From the human T2T-CHM13v2.0 reference genome, Homo sapiens, in the NCBI RefSeq assembly GCF_009914755.1, contig NC_060926.1: 64,000 nucleotides of DNA. The stretch is one strand, 5' to 3'. The notes under the pieces were generated by a model, which worked only from the letters and a program-made list of their open reading frames with translations, searched no databases and had not been told where the DNA came from. Shown one piece after another: positions 26,687 to 43,029 of this stretch. Position 1 is the stretch's first letter; every line of letters starts with the position of its first letter. Position numbers and translations under genes: made by a program.

Positions 26687-28530
26687 ATTTAATATTTAAA
26701 ATGATTGGGATTATCGGAAACTATCCTAAGAATCAAGTATTATTTTTCTTTAATGAGTAAGCTTACCACTTGCATACATTTTTTAAATAGTGTATTTTAT
26801 ACAGCTTTCAACCTTCTGTGTAAAATAAAAGGTACTGCCAATTCAATAATAAACCAGATGAAAGAAGCTCAAATAATAATTGGAAAAAATGTAGATGTTA
26901 TGATCACTCACATCAAAAGTAATATTTGCTCCTTCCCTTCCTTAATATTTGCATATCCACCAATCCAGAACAGTTGTACAGTACAACTCCTTCAGGACTC
27001 TCAAATTTTGACCTTTTCTGCAAACACGTACCCTCCTATCCTGGATCTTGGAAATCCAAGGATTATTTTTTTCCAAAGTTCTTGTAGAAAATTCATAAGA
27101 GAAAAACAAGCATAAATATTGGCAAAAGGAAAGAACCATGCAGAAGCACAAAGGCAACTGAGGCACTTATTTAAAAAAAAAAAAAATTACATGCCACCCA
27201 AATCAGGCATGGTTACATGGAAGACAGTGACCAACTCCTTTTGTCACTTTCCAGTTCCCCACTCTGTGCTGGTAAAACAAGAAAGAGTCAGCAAGGAAAC
27301 AAAGGTGATCATATGAAAGACTAACCAGCTATAGGTTACTAAGAAACCTCACAAAGCCAATCACTTAATTCAGCCATGCAAGCTACCACATACATGCCCA
27401 GGGTATGAGAGAGATAGGAAAACATGCCTTTAAAAAAATGAAATTTTGCCTTTCATTCTAGTACTTCTAGGTTAGATTTTCCAGGAACATGTGTTGAGAA
27501 CATCTAGCCATTAACAAGTATCAAAGAGGATGAGCAAAGCAACAGAAGGTTAAGTGATAACAATTTGACAGAGTCAGAAGTTAACTACAGGTGTCTTAAC
27601 TGTATTTGCAAGGGTGAACTACATACAATCATCACCAGCTCTAAGAGTTGAGGTTTGTTTTTTTCTGTTTCTTTTTTTCCTCCAATTGTCTCAAAATTAA
27701 CATGATATTGAACTCAAATTGAACATGATGTTGTATTGACCCCATTAAAAAATTTAGAAATTTGTCCACATTTCCAAAAAATTTCTTATTTTCATCTCAT
27801 CTTCTCAAAATTAACAAATTGAACATGATATCCTAGTGATCCAATTAAAAAAAAAATCTCGAAGCTTTTTACTTCCAAAGCCTTTAGGAAAATGTCCTTC
27901 TTGATTAAAAAAAAAATTTATATTTGAAAACCTATTGGGGAAAAAAATCAGGCAAGTCTAAGATGAACATGGAAAAATAAAAAGGCTTCGCCTTTCTGAT
28001 CTATGAGTGTATAATTACATGAATTGAGAATTAACCTAACTACATGAAATACCAACATCTATGAAATATTTTTGTAATTTTTCTCCTAAGTCTTTAGAGG
28101 AAAACCATCCTTAATTTCTACAAAAACTAAAAAGCACTATTAAAACAAGCTTTCTTTTAAATTCCTTATTCTATGTTATCTCAGAATATTAAAATAAACT
28201 TTTATATTTTCTTTAGATTTATAACCAGTCTGTTCTAATTCCCATTTTGTAATAAAAATTCAAAAAGAACAGAGTTTGAGAATAGCATTTAAAAATTCTT
28301 ATAGTATAAGCAACAGGAAAAAAAAAAGTTTAATACTATTATGATTTTTTTCTGTAATATAAAAACAGCTCTTCAGCAGTTTGCTGGTAACTTTTAAAGT
28401 GTGGAGTAAAATACACTCTGTGAAATCAAATACCAGATAATTCAGAGTAGAAAAATATAGCCTAGTTTCAATGAAGCGGCAACTGGCTTGGGAACAAGTG
28501 ATGCCATTTGAGAACTAGAAAAATACTCAC

Positions 28531-28584
28531 CTATAGGGTGTCTTGGATTGGTGGATGTGCAAGGTGTAGTAGAAAACAGAAAAA
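28531..28584 (-). other. Candidate poison cassette exon (54 nt, last codon TAG)
   Basis: long T-run + ctataacag acceptor, TAG|gtgagt consensus donor; phase-0 translation FFCFLLHLAHPPIQDTL*. Confidence 0.55.
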
Positions 28585-30399
28585 CTGTTATAGAAAAAAA
28601 AAAAGACAGTAGGCCAAATTACTGAACCAACCGTTTCAAAATACCTCTGACATGACCAGCACTCTTGCACAAGTAAAATGAACAAATACCAGCATATGTG
28701 AACTGTTCATTTTGATTCTTTATTACAACATTATACTCCATTTCCTTCTGACCTCCTTCTTGCCACAGACATCATAAGGACCTTAGATAACTAATTTTTT
28801 TAAAACTTTCTTTATTAAAAAAAAATCACAAACTACTTCCTCTAAATATTAAAGATATTAAAGGCAAAAATCAGGCCATTGAAGTTAGAAGTATCCATCC
28901 AAGGAAGCACTCATGATATAACTCTTGCACTTACAAGAGTTCTAATCATCTCAAAAGCTAAACTTTGAAGTCAGCATTTTAGCCATGAAATTAAAATGTT
29001 CCATCCATGAAAATCTAGTGTATTTTTAAACTAAGAATTTATAGTCCCACAACAAGCCATTTCCTTTAGAAATTGAAAACTAGAAAAATTTTAAACCCAA
29101 ATGTGAATGAAGCAGAAAGCTCAAAGCCAGTATCACTTTTACCTGCCTAAAGAGGGCAATATAGAAAAGAGGGAAACAAATTTGTGTCATCAAGAAACTT
29201 CCAGAACTTGTCTCAATCACTTAATAGTATTATAAATATATTAAAATTATAAAGCACAGGTAAAAGAAAAATGTTGGGAGCTAAAACATCCTCAATATTT
29301 ATAAAAATTAAAAGGCACTAATAAATAAGTTTAATTCTTTGTGCCATGCTATCAGAAATTATTAAAATAAATAACATCTGTGCATTGCTGGTGGCTTTAT
29401 TCCATTTTTATCCCTTTACTCTATTTATATTCCCTTCATATAAGATTTATTGAGAATCTCTTGTGAAAAGAAGGCACTGTCTGGATTCTAAAGATTCAGG
29501 ATTCAATAAATAAGGTACAAATTTCTTTACATGCACATAAAATCAGCCTGTTATAAAACACACCTGTACTAGTTTCTGAACTATGGTAGTAACACAAATT
29601 AGCATTTTATGAAAATTAAATCACTTAAATTCTTTTTCTAATATTTTCATTCCCTAAGGACTTCAAGAATTTCAGTAAATGTGACACACTCCAGGTCAGG
29701 ATAATTTAACTTGTCTACAACTCAAAAAAAAAAAAAATTTAAGAAGTGTTGCTATGGAAAAAGTCAGATATCCATGTGAGCAAACACAAAAGCATCCAAA
29801 ATATACACAGACTGCTACAGAGAAATCCAGAAATCTATAAGCACAAACACAAGAGCAACCGAAGTATACACACAGGTAAGTACATTATTAATACTTTCAT
29901 GCTATTCAACCAAAAAGAATTTCCCCTGTGAAATTCCAGATAACAATTTCTTTCTGGGGAAAGAAATGCATTTAAATTTTCACCAAGAAAAGACCTTATT
30001 CACCTTTTGAAATTATTCCCAACACCACACAGTACATAAACTCCAAAGCTTTTCAGACCATATATAAATGTATTAATTGAATGAAACCTCTCTAATAATT
30101 AAAAAGATAAAATATAGCACGCTTATCAGTCCCTTTTTTCTAAATCAACAATAGAAATATACAGGAGGCAAAAATTATATTTGAGGATGTCAGAAAAAGA
30201 GAATCATAGTTTTGTTTTGTTTTTTAAGAGTGTTAATACCAAAGGTCTTTTACTACCGATATTAACATCTCCTGCCTTGTTGTAGGACTCAGTAATTACT
30301 TGTGAACTTAAGGGGGCAACTATAAATCTTCCAGGCTATACCAAGGGTTCTCATTCTCCTTCCAAAGCTGACTGTGAAATGCTCAGTAACATATGTGTG

Positions 30400-30433
30400 T
30401 ACACACACACACACACACACACACACGCGCACG
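30400..30433. repeat. (CA)n microsatellite
   Basis: direct reading. Confidence 0.9.
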
Positions 30434-30509
30434 CATTTGTTTCAGTAATAAATGTTGGACTAATGTCTAGTGACCAGCTAAAGTACTATAGCTCAAAGTG
30501 AGAGCTATT

Positions 30510-30672
30510 GAAAACCTAGAATAGTAATATCTGAGATGCATTTTTACAAAGTACAGATTCCTGGGACTCATTCCAAATTGAGTGAATCACAATCTATGGG
30601 TGTGGAGCCAGAAAATCAGAAATTTGTGTAAGTACACTCAGGTGATTCTTATGCACACTAAATCTTAAGAAA
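30510..30672. mobile_element. MER5-like hAT relic
   Basis: cagattcctgg...caggtgattcttatgcacactaaa. Confidence 0.6.
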
Positions 30673-31944
30673 CAATAAGAAAAACATTGCTTTTTAATAT
30701 AGTTGACACTAACTCTGCCATTTTTCACTCCAATTGATAATATTAATCAATAGCTGAATCCGTCAGAAGGAGAAAAGAAAGTTCTGTCATGTATATTCTT
30801 GTGCATGTATGTTTTAAAGGATAGACATAAAATGAAACATGATCCCCACAGTATAAACAATATCAAGTAGGGTCTCCCACCTTACCACGCATATACATAC
30901 AGCCCTTTAAAAGTGATTTAAGATTCCCTTTAAGACTGCCTTTCATGTTCATGTTACACTACTAAATACCAAACTTAATTTATATTAAGCATTTTAGAGC
31001 CTGGGGAAAAGAGAAAACATGCAAGAATAACTTACCACAGACTAAACCCTTATATTACACATCGATTTAGAGAGATACCTCTGAGTATAGGAGGACTAGC
31101 TGCCAAGAAAGGTGAAGCAAAAAGGAAGAACCAAAAAGGAATATAGAACAGAAGAAAAGAGAATCTTTTTCAATCTTTCCAGTGTTTCAGCACCTGACTC
31201 ATGCACTCTCTTCCCTAGCGCTTTTGTACCCACTTATAACCTGGTTTGCCAACCTTTACCAATTATTTAAAAATTCCTCTTACATTATGTAACAGCTTCT
31301 TCTTGCCGAATTTGTTAGCAAAGATAGTGTTATATTTATGAATGTAAAATAATTTTAAATATGCACTTAAGACACATATAATCACAGATTAGCCAAGACA
31401 TCTGGTCTCTGGCCAGTGTTCAGATAGAGGGTGGGTGTCTGCTATCATGACTGCACTTCATGGCTCGTCCTGGCAGACTGCCTATCCAGGAGGGGTCACT
31501 CTAGAGTAAGCTCGACTTCTAACCCAGAAGCTCTTAGGTATAAACTCAGAAGATGAGATGCCTTAATGTACTAGAGAAAGTGAAATACAACCAAAATGAT
31601 AGTGAGTTTTCATTGTTTTTCACTACCAAGTGACACCTCTCTCCTTCCCACCAAAACAAAAAAGTAGTAAAAGCCAAGAAGCGTACAAGAGACCAGAGGA
31701 TGAAGTTAGAATTCAAAGTTGGCCAAGCAGGATTCAGAATCATGCCACGAAAAAAATCAGGAAAAAAAAAAAAAACCCTATAACATCAATATATAGTTCA
31801 CTACAATGCTTCCTAAGTGTTTCCTTACCTTTACTTAAATAACATTAAACCAGTAATGTTTGTGAATATATATACAAATTAACCATAAGGAACAACTATA
31901 AACAAAAATAAAAAAACCTTTCTCACTTTGAAAATATTTCTCTT

Positions 31945-32258
<314 letters not shown>

Positions 32259-32439
32259 ATATTTCTCTTTCAAAGTGATTTTTTTCATCTTTAGCTTGCT
32301 TGATACAGTCAAATAAAAACTTCAAAAAAGAGAATTTTCTAAACAGTATAGCATAAACTAAAAAGGCAAGGTTCACACATTTCCCAATCTTCCAGATTCC
32401 TTCTCCCCAAGCCAAAGCAACCATATTAACAGTTTTTGA

Positions 32440-33790
32440 GAATACTTGCTTTTTTCACTAATGTCACCTGCATTTTTCAGCCCATGTAAATCTATCTCAT
32501 TCATGTTAATGGCTAGACAGTACTCCTTTGTATGTCAAGATACACCATAACTAATTTTAGCTGGTCCCACGTGAAGGGATATTCAGTTTGTTTGCCTTTA
32601 TGTTTCGTGTGGCAATTACACACGACACAGTGACAAATATCCTTGTTCATTTAGCAATGAATACTTGTAGCTAACGTATCTTTAGGAAAAATTCCTAAAC
32701 ATAGAATTCCTGGGTCAAAAGGTATATGTATTTGAAATGTTATTTTCTTTTCTCACACTACACCAATGTGGTACTTGAAATTTTAAAAGATGGTGCCAAA
32801 TTACACTCCAAAAACATCAAATAAATTTACATTTCCACTAAGTCTAAGCAGTCCACATCTCCAAATGGCATTATCAAGCTTTAAAAAAAAAAAAAAAAAA
32901 AAAAAAACAAATCTGATACTTTATTTTCACTTAAGTGAAGCTTAGAATCTTTTCACATTTTTATTGGTTACTTTTTATTTTCCCCCATAAATAGCATGTT
33001 TCTATTTTGCCAATTTTTATATTAGATTGCTATTCTTTCTTCTTACTGATTTTAAGGTATTTGCCCATATTTAGAAAACTTGTTCTCAACATATCTGCTA
33101 CAAATATACTTTTTCCCAGACTATATCTATTAATTTAATCTAAAGAATGCTTTTTGCCATGTGCAATTTAAAATTTTATATAATCAAATTCCTTCATATC
33201 TTTATGTTTTCTAGTTTTTGTGCATTGCTTAGAAATTACTTTCACACATAAGATAATAAATATACTGACCTTGTGAATTTTTCCAGTACTTTTATAGTTC
33301 CACTGCCCATGTAGAGTTTATTTTGGGCTACAGAAAAAAGTAGGAAATCCCAGTTTTATTTGTTTTGCTTTTTCCCCTACTGGAGGAGCTTGCCAGTTTT
33401 CCAAGACCATTTGGTAAATAATCCATTTCTTCCATCTACTGATATGAAATGTCATCGCCATTGTGGTCATAACCATCAAATTCTACTTCTACACAAGTCT
33501 AAGCATGAATAGTCTCTTCTGTTCTATTACTTTGTCTACTCTTGCACAGGCATACTTTCTTTATTACTGTAACTCTATTACACCCTTACAATTTTGGTAG
33601 GGCCCCCTAATGACACTTTTTCCTCTAGAATTCTCCTTGCTACTCTCATATTTATTTTCTAGAAGAAACAGAACTCTTTTTTTTTAACTTCTCCCCCTAA
33701 GTTTTGAGGAGATTATAATTAGAACTGTACTTAATTTATACATTAATTTAGGAAAAAACCTCACAGCCTTTGAATTTAAAGTCTTACCAT
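32440..33790 (-). mobile_element. Highly diverged L1 (L1ME-like)
   Basis: agaattcctgggtcaaaaggtat and T-rich antisense L1 character. Confidence 0.55.
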
Positions 33791-34673
33791 TCATTAGCTG
33801 TAAGCAGTAGCAGTGGCAGCAATGGTAGTAGTAATAAGCACGATTATAACTAACTTTCATTGAGGACTATATGTCAAGCCTATTTGATAACCTCATGGTG
33901 TCATCTCCATTTCACAGATGAGAAAATTAAGGCTCAGAGTGTTAAGCAACTTGCCCAAGTCACAACCACAACTGAGATTTTAATCTGCATAATTTGACTT
34001 GAGTCTACATTCTGAACTAAAGAAATTTAGCACAGTAATTACAAACAAAGTGTGCTTCTTCCTCTAAAGCTCCACATATTAACACAACATTATCATTAGT
34101 ATGAAGTCACCATAAGTATTCTAGCCAGGCATGGCTCTCTCTATGCAGATGACACTGTGAAGTATTCACTGAGATATGCCCATCCCAAATCCCCAGACTT
34201 TCTTGTTCCTATATAGTGGTTCACTCCCAATGCAGAGATCTGGAGCAATGATCAGATCATGGGAGCTGAGAGTAAGAGGTGATGAGAATATTGACATTTA
34301 ATTGATATCTAAAGCAGAAAAAACATCTAAGCTTTGCTATTTACTAATATAAAGATTAATAGTAGTGTGTACACACACATGCACACACATACACACACTA
34401 GAAAGAAGTACATTCACATATGGAGTTGAACGCTCAACAGATTTTTAACTGCCCAATCAAATACATTTGAAATTTATCTATGTAGAACATTCCAAACCTC
34501 TTGCCTCAAAAGAGTTGATCAGAAGACTGAAGATAACAAACAAAATTCTTCGCTTTTGGTTTACAACATAAGCTCCTGAGATCTCAAGGTAGAGATTTTA
34601 GTTTCAGACAACCAAATTTTGAAGTCTACAAGCTTGGTTTGAGACCCAAATGCCAAATCTCTAAAGATACTTC

Positions 34674-35452
<779 letters not shown>

Positions 35453-37524
35453 TAGGGATATGGGAAGAATACATGAGACTAGCCCAGCTCTGGCCTCCTT
35501 AATAAAGATGGCTTCTTCCCCCAGCCAAGAAGATTGATGATACTATGAAAGGCAGAGAGCATTCCTGGTGGGAGACTTCTCTGGCCTTTGGGTTTGGAAA
35601 CAAACAAATAAGGTATGTCTTTCATATATTCAACTGTCCCCCTCAGCAACTTTTAGTTTTCTTCTCATAGTCCCTTCATATTGTTTCTGCTAATTCCTAC
35701 GTAAACTTAGTTGCTATTTCAATTGGGACCTCTTCTTCCATTATATTTCTAACTTATTATAGTATTTATAAGAGAAAACTATCATTTTAAAACACTAACT
35801 TTGAAAGTGTCCACCTTATGGAATTTCTTTATTGTCTTACATCATTTTTTAGTTGACACTGTAAGTTTTCCATATAATTAATCACATCATAGGCAAATAC
35901 TTACAAATTCAGTGTATCCTTTCCAATACTTAGATCTCTCAATGTCTAACTGAATTAATCTTGCATGCTTTAGTAATGTTATATTATTCTTTTGATGTGC
36001 TACTAGATTTCATTTGTAATAGTTTCTTTATGAACATTGCTGAAATGAGATTGGTCTACAGTTTTATTTTGTATTTCCCTGAAAGATGTGATATTGTTGA
36101 TTTTGCCAATTTCACAGCTTTCCTCCTATTCCTATGCTTTTGGAACAGTGTGACTAGCATCAAAATGATCTTATCCTTTAAGATTAAAATAATTCACCTG
36201 TGAAACCATCTATGTTTAGTGGTTTTAAGATACTTGCTGAATTTCTTCTTCCACAGTGATTGTTTAGATTCTCTCTTCTCTGGGGTCAATTTTGTTGATT
36301 TATATTTTTCTACTAAATCATTTGTATTTATTTTAAATGGTACTGAGTAATTCTTTTACTTGCATACAACCTGCAGTAATTTTGTCTAAAAAGAAAAATA
36401 TGAGCAAACATATAAATCAACATTATTGGAAAACACACCCAGGATGAGTTAAATGTGTCAAACTGGGAGCAAAATACTGGTAGATAGCATTTAATTCAAG
36501 GGTTTTGGAAAGAAACCTTTAAATAGGGCTTTAAAAGTGATGAAGTGCTGGTAGGGTGTTCATATCCAGAGAACTGTGAGTAAAAGAGAAACTAAATCAA
36601 TACTACTATGAACTGTTTAAAAAATGCATATTTCTTGCTACAATGTAGGAAATGGCTTTCAGTTAGATAATTACAGTATATGTGTTAAGTATTCGGAAAA
36701 TGTAACTGGGAAAAAAACAACAAAATTGTGTGAAATGTTTTAAGTGTTACTACTCCAGTTATTTAACTCTAAAAGTAGGCTAAGTATCGAAGTACAAAGT
36801 GGCATTCCTCTCTCTAACTTATTTATTTGAAACATTATTATTCAAACATTTAATGACCACTTACTATCAGCTAGACACCTTGTCAGAGTTACAAAAATGG
36901 CTTAGATATGGTCCCTTGGCTCAAAAAATGTATTAACCTCATCCCTAGTTTCAATATGACATAATATATCCATGGTTATATATAACAACCTCAAGAAATA
37001 TAAACAGCCCCACTAGAACTTTGCTTCACAAACCAGTAAATACAAAATAGTTGAAAATCAAATGTCAAATACACAACTGTCAACACAAATATCTATAATT
37101 TTTGAACTGCTATCACTATTCTAATATGAATATTAAATCCTGATTATCTCAAATTGGATATAATTTCCCTTTCTATGATAAGGCTCTAAGAAAAGACAGA
37201 AGTCTGAAACTGCTCTGAGACCACAACTTTGAACAGAGGGTCAGAAAAAGGCAAAATAAACTCCCTTTCTACAATGCATAATGACACAGGGTATTAAAAT
37301 TTCAGTAAGGAGGATCATGAGAAAGACAATGAGCTCACTTAAAAAACTGTATGCATCAAAAGGATCCTTTACACTAATACTAGAATGCTAATGAATAATC
37401 AACAAAAAGTTAATATTCATATCGTACTCTGAAAAAATCTTATCTTTAACACTACACACTAGAAATACTACCAAATTATAAGCAATAAGAAAGTTGGAAG
37501 TGCTCTGATGTGGTACAAACCTAC

Positions 37525-37711
37525 CTGTGCACATGATTCCTCAGGTGTTTTGGCACTAACTGAATAAAGTGCTGGGAGATCTAGTCTATGCACAGAGAAT
37601 CTTTCTAGAGTGTGCAAAAGTGCTGGAGCAAGGTGAGAAGTTTGACCTGAGCCCCGTTCTCCAGAGAGCAATAAGCGTGGCCTGTAAGAGGTTGGCTGAT
37701 GATATGGTGAC
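37525..37711 (-). CDS. ATAD2B: ATAD2B coding exon: AAA2 degenerate Walker A (SPYHQPTSYRPRLLLSGERGSGQTSHLAPA...TPEESCAQ)
   Basis: attacag acceptor, CAG|gtaggt donor; 187 nt, phase 2 to 0; ORF 37468..37752. Confidence 0.96.
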
Positions 37712-37867
37712 CTGTAATACATGTAAGACATAATTATTTCAAAGGCATACATTCTGAAGACAAATATGAAATATCAGGCAAAATTTTTACATTAAAACAA
37801 TTTAACTCCAAATTAACAGAACTTTCCTATATTATTTTAGTATAGTGACTTATTTTTTTATTAATTA

Positions 37868-38264
<397 letters not shown>

Positions 38265-38429
38265 TTAAAATAAAATAAAATAACCTTGGTATTCCTGCTA
38301 TCATACCACATATATTAACTTGAAGATGCATTAAACTCCAGTATCATTTAGTTATTAGTTATCCAAGGTTAAATGTTAGGAATCTCACTTTTTGACAAAG
38401 AGGTAGATTTGAAGATTATCCCAAATGTA

Positions 38430-39030
38430 GGACTCAATTAACAGGCAGGGCCTTTAGGAGGTGATTAAGTCATGAGCAGTCAGCCCTCATGAATGGATTA
38501 GTTACATCATCAAAGGGCTTGATAATAAAACTAGCTAGTCCCTTCAATCCCTTCTGCCATGTGAGGACATTGTTGTTCCCCTCCAGAGGAAGCAGCGGTC
38601 AAGGCATCATCTTAGAGGCAGAAACCAAGCCCCCACCAGACACCAAATCTGCCAGAGCCTTCATCTTAGACTTTCAGCCTCCGTTAACTGTGAGCAATAA
38701 ATTTATGTTGTTATGTTCTCACTCATAAGTGGGAGTTGAACAATGAGAACACATGGACACAGGGAGGGGAACATCACACACCGGGGCCTGTCCGGGGGTG
38801 GGAGGCCAGGGGAGGGATAGCATTAGGAGAAATACCTAATGCAGATGACGGGTTGATAGGTGCTACAAACCACCATGGCACATGTACACCTACGTAACAA
38901 ACCTGCACATTCTGCATATGTATCCCAAAACTTAAAGTATAATAAAAATAAATAAATAAATAAATGTAGGTTGTTTATAAATTAATCTGTTTAAGGTATT
39001 TTGTTACAGCAGCAGGAACAAACTAAAACA
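38430..39030 (+). mobile_element. MaLR LTR (MST/MLT1A-like) interrupted by an L1 3' end
   Basis: gccctcatgaatggatta...ccatgtgaggac...aactgtgagcaataaa...ttgttacagcagca. Confidence 0.75.
38712..38963 (+). mobile_element. L1PA 3' UTR end (5'-truncated)
   Basis: ttctcactcataagtgggagttgaacaatgagaacacatggacac...cttaaagtataat + A tail. Confidence 0.93.
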
Positions 39031-39779
39031 ATCACAATTTTTAAAATAACAAATATATATATATATACATAAACTTCTTCCAACACAAATTTTATTTCTG
39101 TAACAACAAAAACTAACTGTTACTACCCTGACAGATGACATCTAAAGCTCCATACCAGAGAAAGAAAATATGTTAAACCAAACTTGACTTGTAATTTCGA
39201 GATTCTACAGCACCATTAAAATAACAAATGAAACAAAGTTTACTCTCACTGTGGGTAGTACTAGACATTCTAAGGCAATGCAGTAAGAATAAAGCAAATT
39301 TAAAATGGAACTAATAGAAAGCAAAAAGGGAAAAAATTGATACCTGTAAAGGATATCATTATGTAGTAGCAAATCCAAGAAATCAACCAAAAACTGTCAG
39401 AATCTACCAGCAAAGTAACAAGACAGAAGAAATAGAAAAATCAATAGATTTCCTAAACACCATCAATAACCACTGTAAAAAAGGAAAGGAGATCCTATTC
39501 ACTGCAAAAAAAAAAAAAAAAATTAAAAAGGTAAAACAAACATTATCTAATTACAGTCTTAGCAAGAAAAGAGTGAAACTGAGCCTGAACACAAAGACTA
39601 AATACATAAAGACGTCAATTCTTCCTAACCCATTTACTTTTTTATTTTATACACATAGGATTTTCAAGTTGAAATCCCAAAAGAATTTTTGGGAGGAGGG
39701 GAGTTTCAACTTACTCACAACTTTAACTGAAAGAACAATCAAGTAAGAATATCAAGAAAACTTTTTAAAACATGCTACC

Positions 39780-40065
39780 AGCCGGGCACAGTGGCTCACG
39801 CCTGTAATCCCAGCACTTTGGGAGACTGAGGCTGGTGGATCACAAGGTCAGGAGATGAAGGCCATCCTGGCTAACACGGTGAAACCCCCGTCTCTACTAA
39901 AAATACAAAAAATTAGCTGGGCGTGGTGGCACGTGCCTGTAGTCCCAGCTACTCAGAAGATAGAGGCAGGAGAATCATTTGAACCTGGGAGGCAGAGGTT
40001 GCAGTGAGCCAAGATCTCACCACTGCAACAGAGTGAGACTCAGTCTCAAAAAAAAAAAAAAAAAA
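39780..40065 (+). mobile_element. Alu (Sc-like)
   Basis: Alu with small 3' deletion; TSD atgctacca. Confidence 0.9.
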
Positions 40066-40656
40066 TGCTACCAATTTTAATGCATTCAAACATGTTTTAG
40101 TAACAAGCACTTGATAGAGATTTCTTGTTCAATTTTCTTAACAATTCTGTGAAACACATAGTTTCATTTTATTAAACAGATAAGAAACCAGGGCTCGTGG
40201 AGGTTAACTACAAAGTTGTATAACCAGGTGGAAGAGTTCAAATTGTCATTCAAGCCCATTTGACTGCAAAGCTCAGGTTCTGAACCCACTATGTTAAGAT
40301 GTGTCCTACTTTATACTGAAACATATTATAGAATAACAATTAATAGAATGTAGAATATATCAAAGAAACAGACAAACATAAAAGGCAGCCTAGGAAATGA
40401 TTAATTGTAATCACTGTATGAAAGAATTTCATATACAATGAAATAATTTATATGCATATGTTTATAAAAATTATATGAATTATAAAATATTTATAAGTCA
40501 TATAAATTATTTTGTTGTTATTTTATAATATATTATAAAATAATATGAATTATAATATATAAGTTTATAGGAATATAAATGTATAAAATGTATAAGAATT
40601 TATATTTTCTTACATGAAACAATTTCATCTAAGAAAAGAATCATAAAAAATAAATG

Positions 40657-40966
40657 AGGGCAGCACAGTGGCTCACACCTGTAATCCCAGCACTTGGGAG
40701 ACTGCGGTGGGGGGATCATTTGAGCCCAAGTGTTCTGAGACAAGCCTGGGCAACATGGCAAAACCCCATCTCTACAAAAAATTAAAAAAAAAAAAAAATT
40801 TAGCCAGGTGTGGTGGTGTGCACCTGTAGTCCCAGCCACCAGGAGGCTGAGGTAGGAGGATCACATGTGTCCAGGAGGTCAAGGCTGCAGTGAGCCATGA
40901 TGGTGCCACTGCATCCCAGCCTGGGTGACAGAATGAGACCTTGTCTCAAAAATAAAATAAAATAAA
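40657..40966 (+). mobile_element. Alu (J-like)
   Basis: dimeric Alu. Confidence 0.88.
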
Positions 40967-41173
40967 AGGAAGAGAAATGGATAATAAAATAAATGTTTAA
41001 AAACGGAGGATTCAGGTCATTTCACAGCATAAACAAAATGAATTCTAACACAAAATTTAAATTAAAAGATTCATTTATTTTTAATTCATAATAATCTAAA
41101 AACCTCTGTAACCCAAAAATTATAATCTGAACCAAATAGCAAACAACCAAATGGCATAAAGAATTTGCTACAG

Positions 41174-41310
41174 AGCAGGGCACGGTCGAACATGCCTGTA
41201 ATCCCAGCTACTTGGGAGGCTGAGTTGGGAGGCTCACTTGAGCTCAGGAGTTCAAGACTACCCTGGGCGACATAGACATCCTATCTCAGAAACAAAATTA
41301 TTGAAAAAAC
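41174..41310 (+). mobile_element. Alu monomer (FLAM-like)
   Basis: single arm. Confidence 0.7.
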
Positions 41311-41975
41311 ATAAAAAGAAAATTTAATAAAAAGAATTTGTCATAAACAGGAATGGTTCTTAATGTATAAAGAGTTTATATGCATAGTTTTCAAAAACCT
41401 CCATGGGCAAAGGACGTAAAACAAGACAATTCAAAGAGAAAATAGAAATAGGAAACTTTTTAAAATGTTTATTTAATTATATAACTATAGAATGCCTCCT
41501 ATGCTGAATGCCTTAGCCCTAAGTATCAAACAATACCAGTGTTATCATAGAGCTCATAACTGAGTGGTATTTAGTAAAAAAGTTAATATACAAATTACCA
41601 TAGTTCAATGTGATTAATAAGGGGTACTGTTTAAGTACACAGTGCTATGGAAGATACCAATTAGAGACTCATAGAAGGCATTCCTGGAAAAGTGTTACCA
41701 AGGCAGAAACCCAAAAGATTGGAGGTACAAGAGATGAATTCCAAGACTGCAAACAGGATGTGCAAAGGACCAACAGTTAAAAAGAACATGGCTCTTTGGG
41801 GTAACTAATACAGTTCATACAGCCAGTTTTGGTTTTGTTTGTTTGTTTTGAAGTACTGGGGACAAGTTGTGGAGGGTACAGTAAAGGTACTAGGGTGGGG
41901 AGAGAAAAAAGAAGGTAAGTTAGACTATGAAGGGCTACAAAGGGTTTTGTAAGCCACGTTAAAAGTTTGGAATGT

Positions 41976-42320
<345 letters not shown>

Positions 42321-43029
42321 TTAGAGGAACAAGATAATCATATACATGTTTAGGGAAGATAACTCTATCTCAGCATTGTCAGTATGGGAAAGGGTTTTGA
42401 AAGAAGGCAAATGAGAGGAAAGATAATCAGGCATCTGCTATAGTAACCCAGGCATGACATGTGAATGACAGTTCAACAAGAATAGTGTTAGAGAAAGAAG
42501 GAATAGCCTGCGATGAGACTTACTTAGTAAGAAAAATCAGAAAGACTTGGTCATTGACTAGACAAAGAAAGAAATAAAAGGAAAGAAGTTGAGAATGATG
42601 TCAAATTCTAGCTGAGACAACTGAATGAATGATGGCTCATAGGAGTCACAGGAAGAGAAGGGGCGTATGATACAGTCCAGCTATGTACGGAAAGATCCAT
42701 GGTACAACAAAGGGGAGATGGGCCACTGGTCAGGGTCTGAAGCTCAAGAGCAATCTAGGCTTGAGAACAAAATGGTAGTCATTAACACAGAGATTTTTAA
42801 AAAATGAGAAAATATAAATGAAAATAATGATGGACATCTTTTATCTGTTAGATTAATAAACCAAAAATTAATTGTAATGCCCATTATCAATGAGAGGATG
42901 GCAAAATTGATATCCTCACAACTAGTGGAAGAAAAGCACAACTTTTCTGAAATTATATGTGATAGATCTAAATATGCCAAAATGTATGCCCAAAAGTATT
43001 CAATAACTCACTCCACTCCTAGGGATTCC

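Noticed and set aside
26705-27115. 136-aa plus-strand ORF in unique sequence
   Set aside because: Non-ATG start, no recognisable domain, AT-rich composition, antisense to the host gene; consistent with chance.
27689-27856. Degenerate direct repeats tctcaaaattaaca...aattgaacatgat
   Set aside because: Short, diverged AT-rich local duplication with no supporting functional signal.
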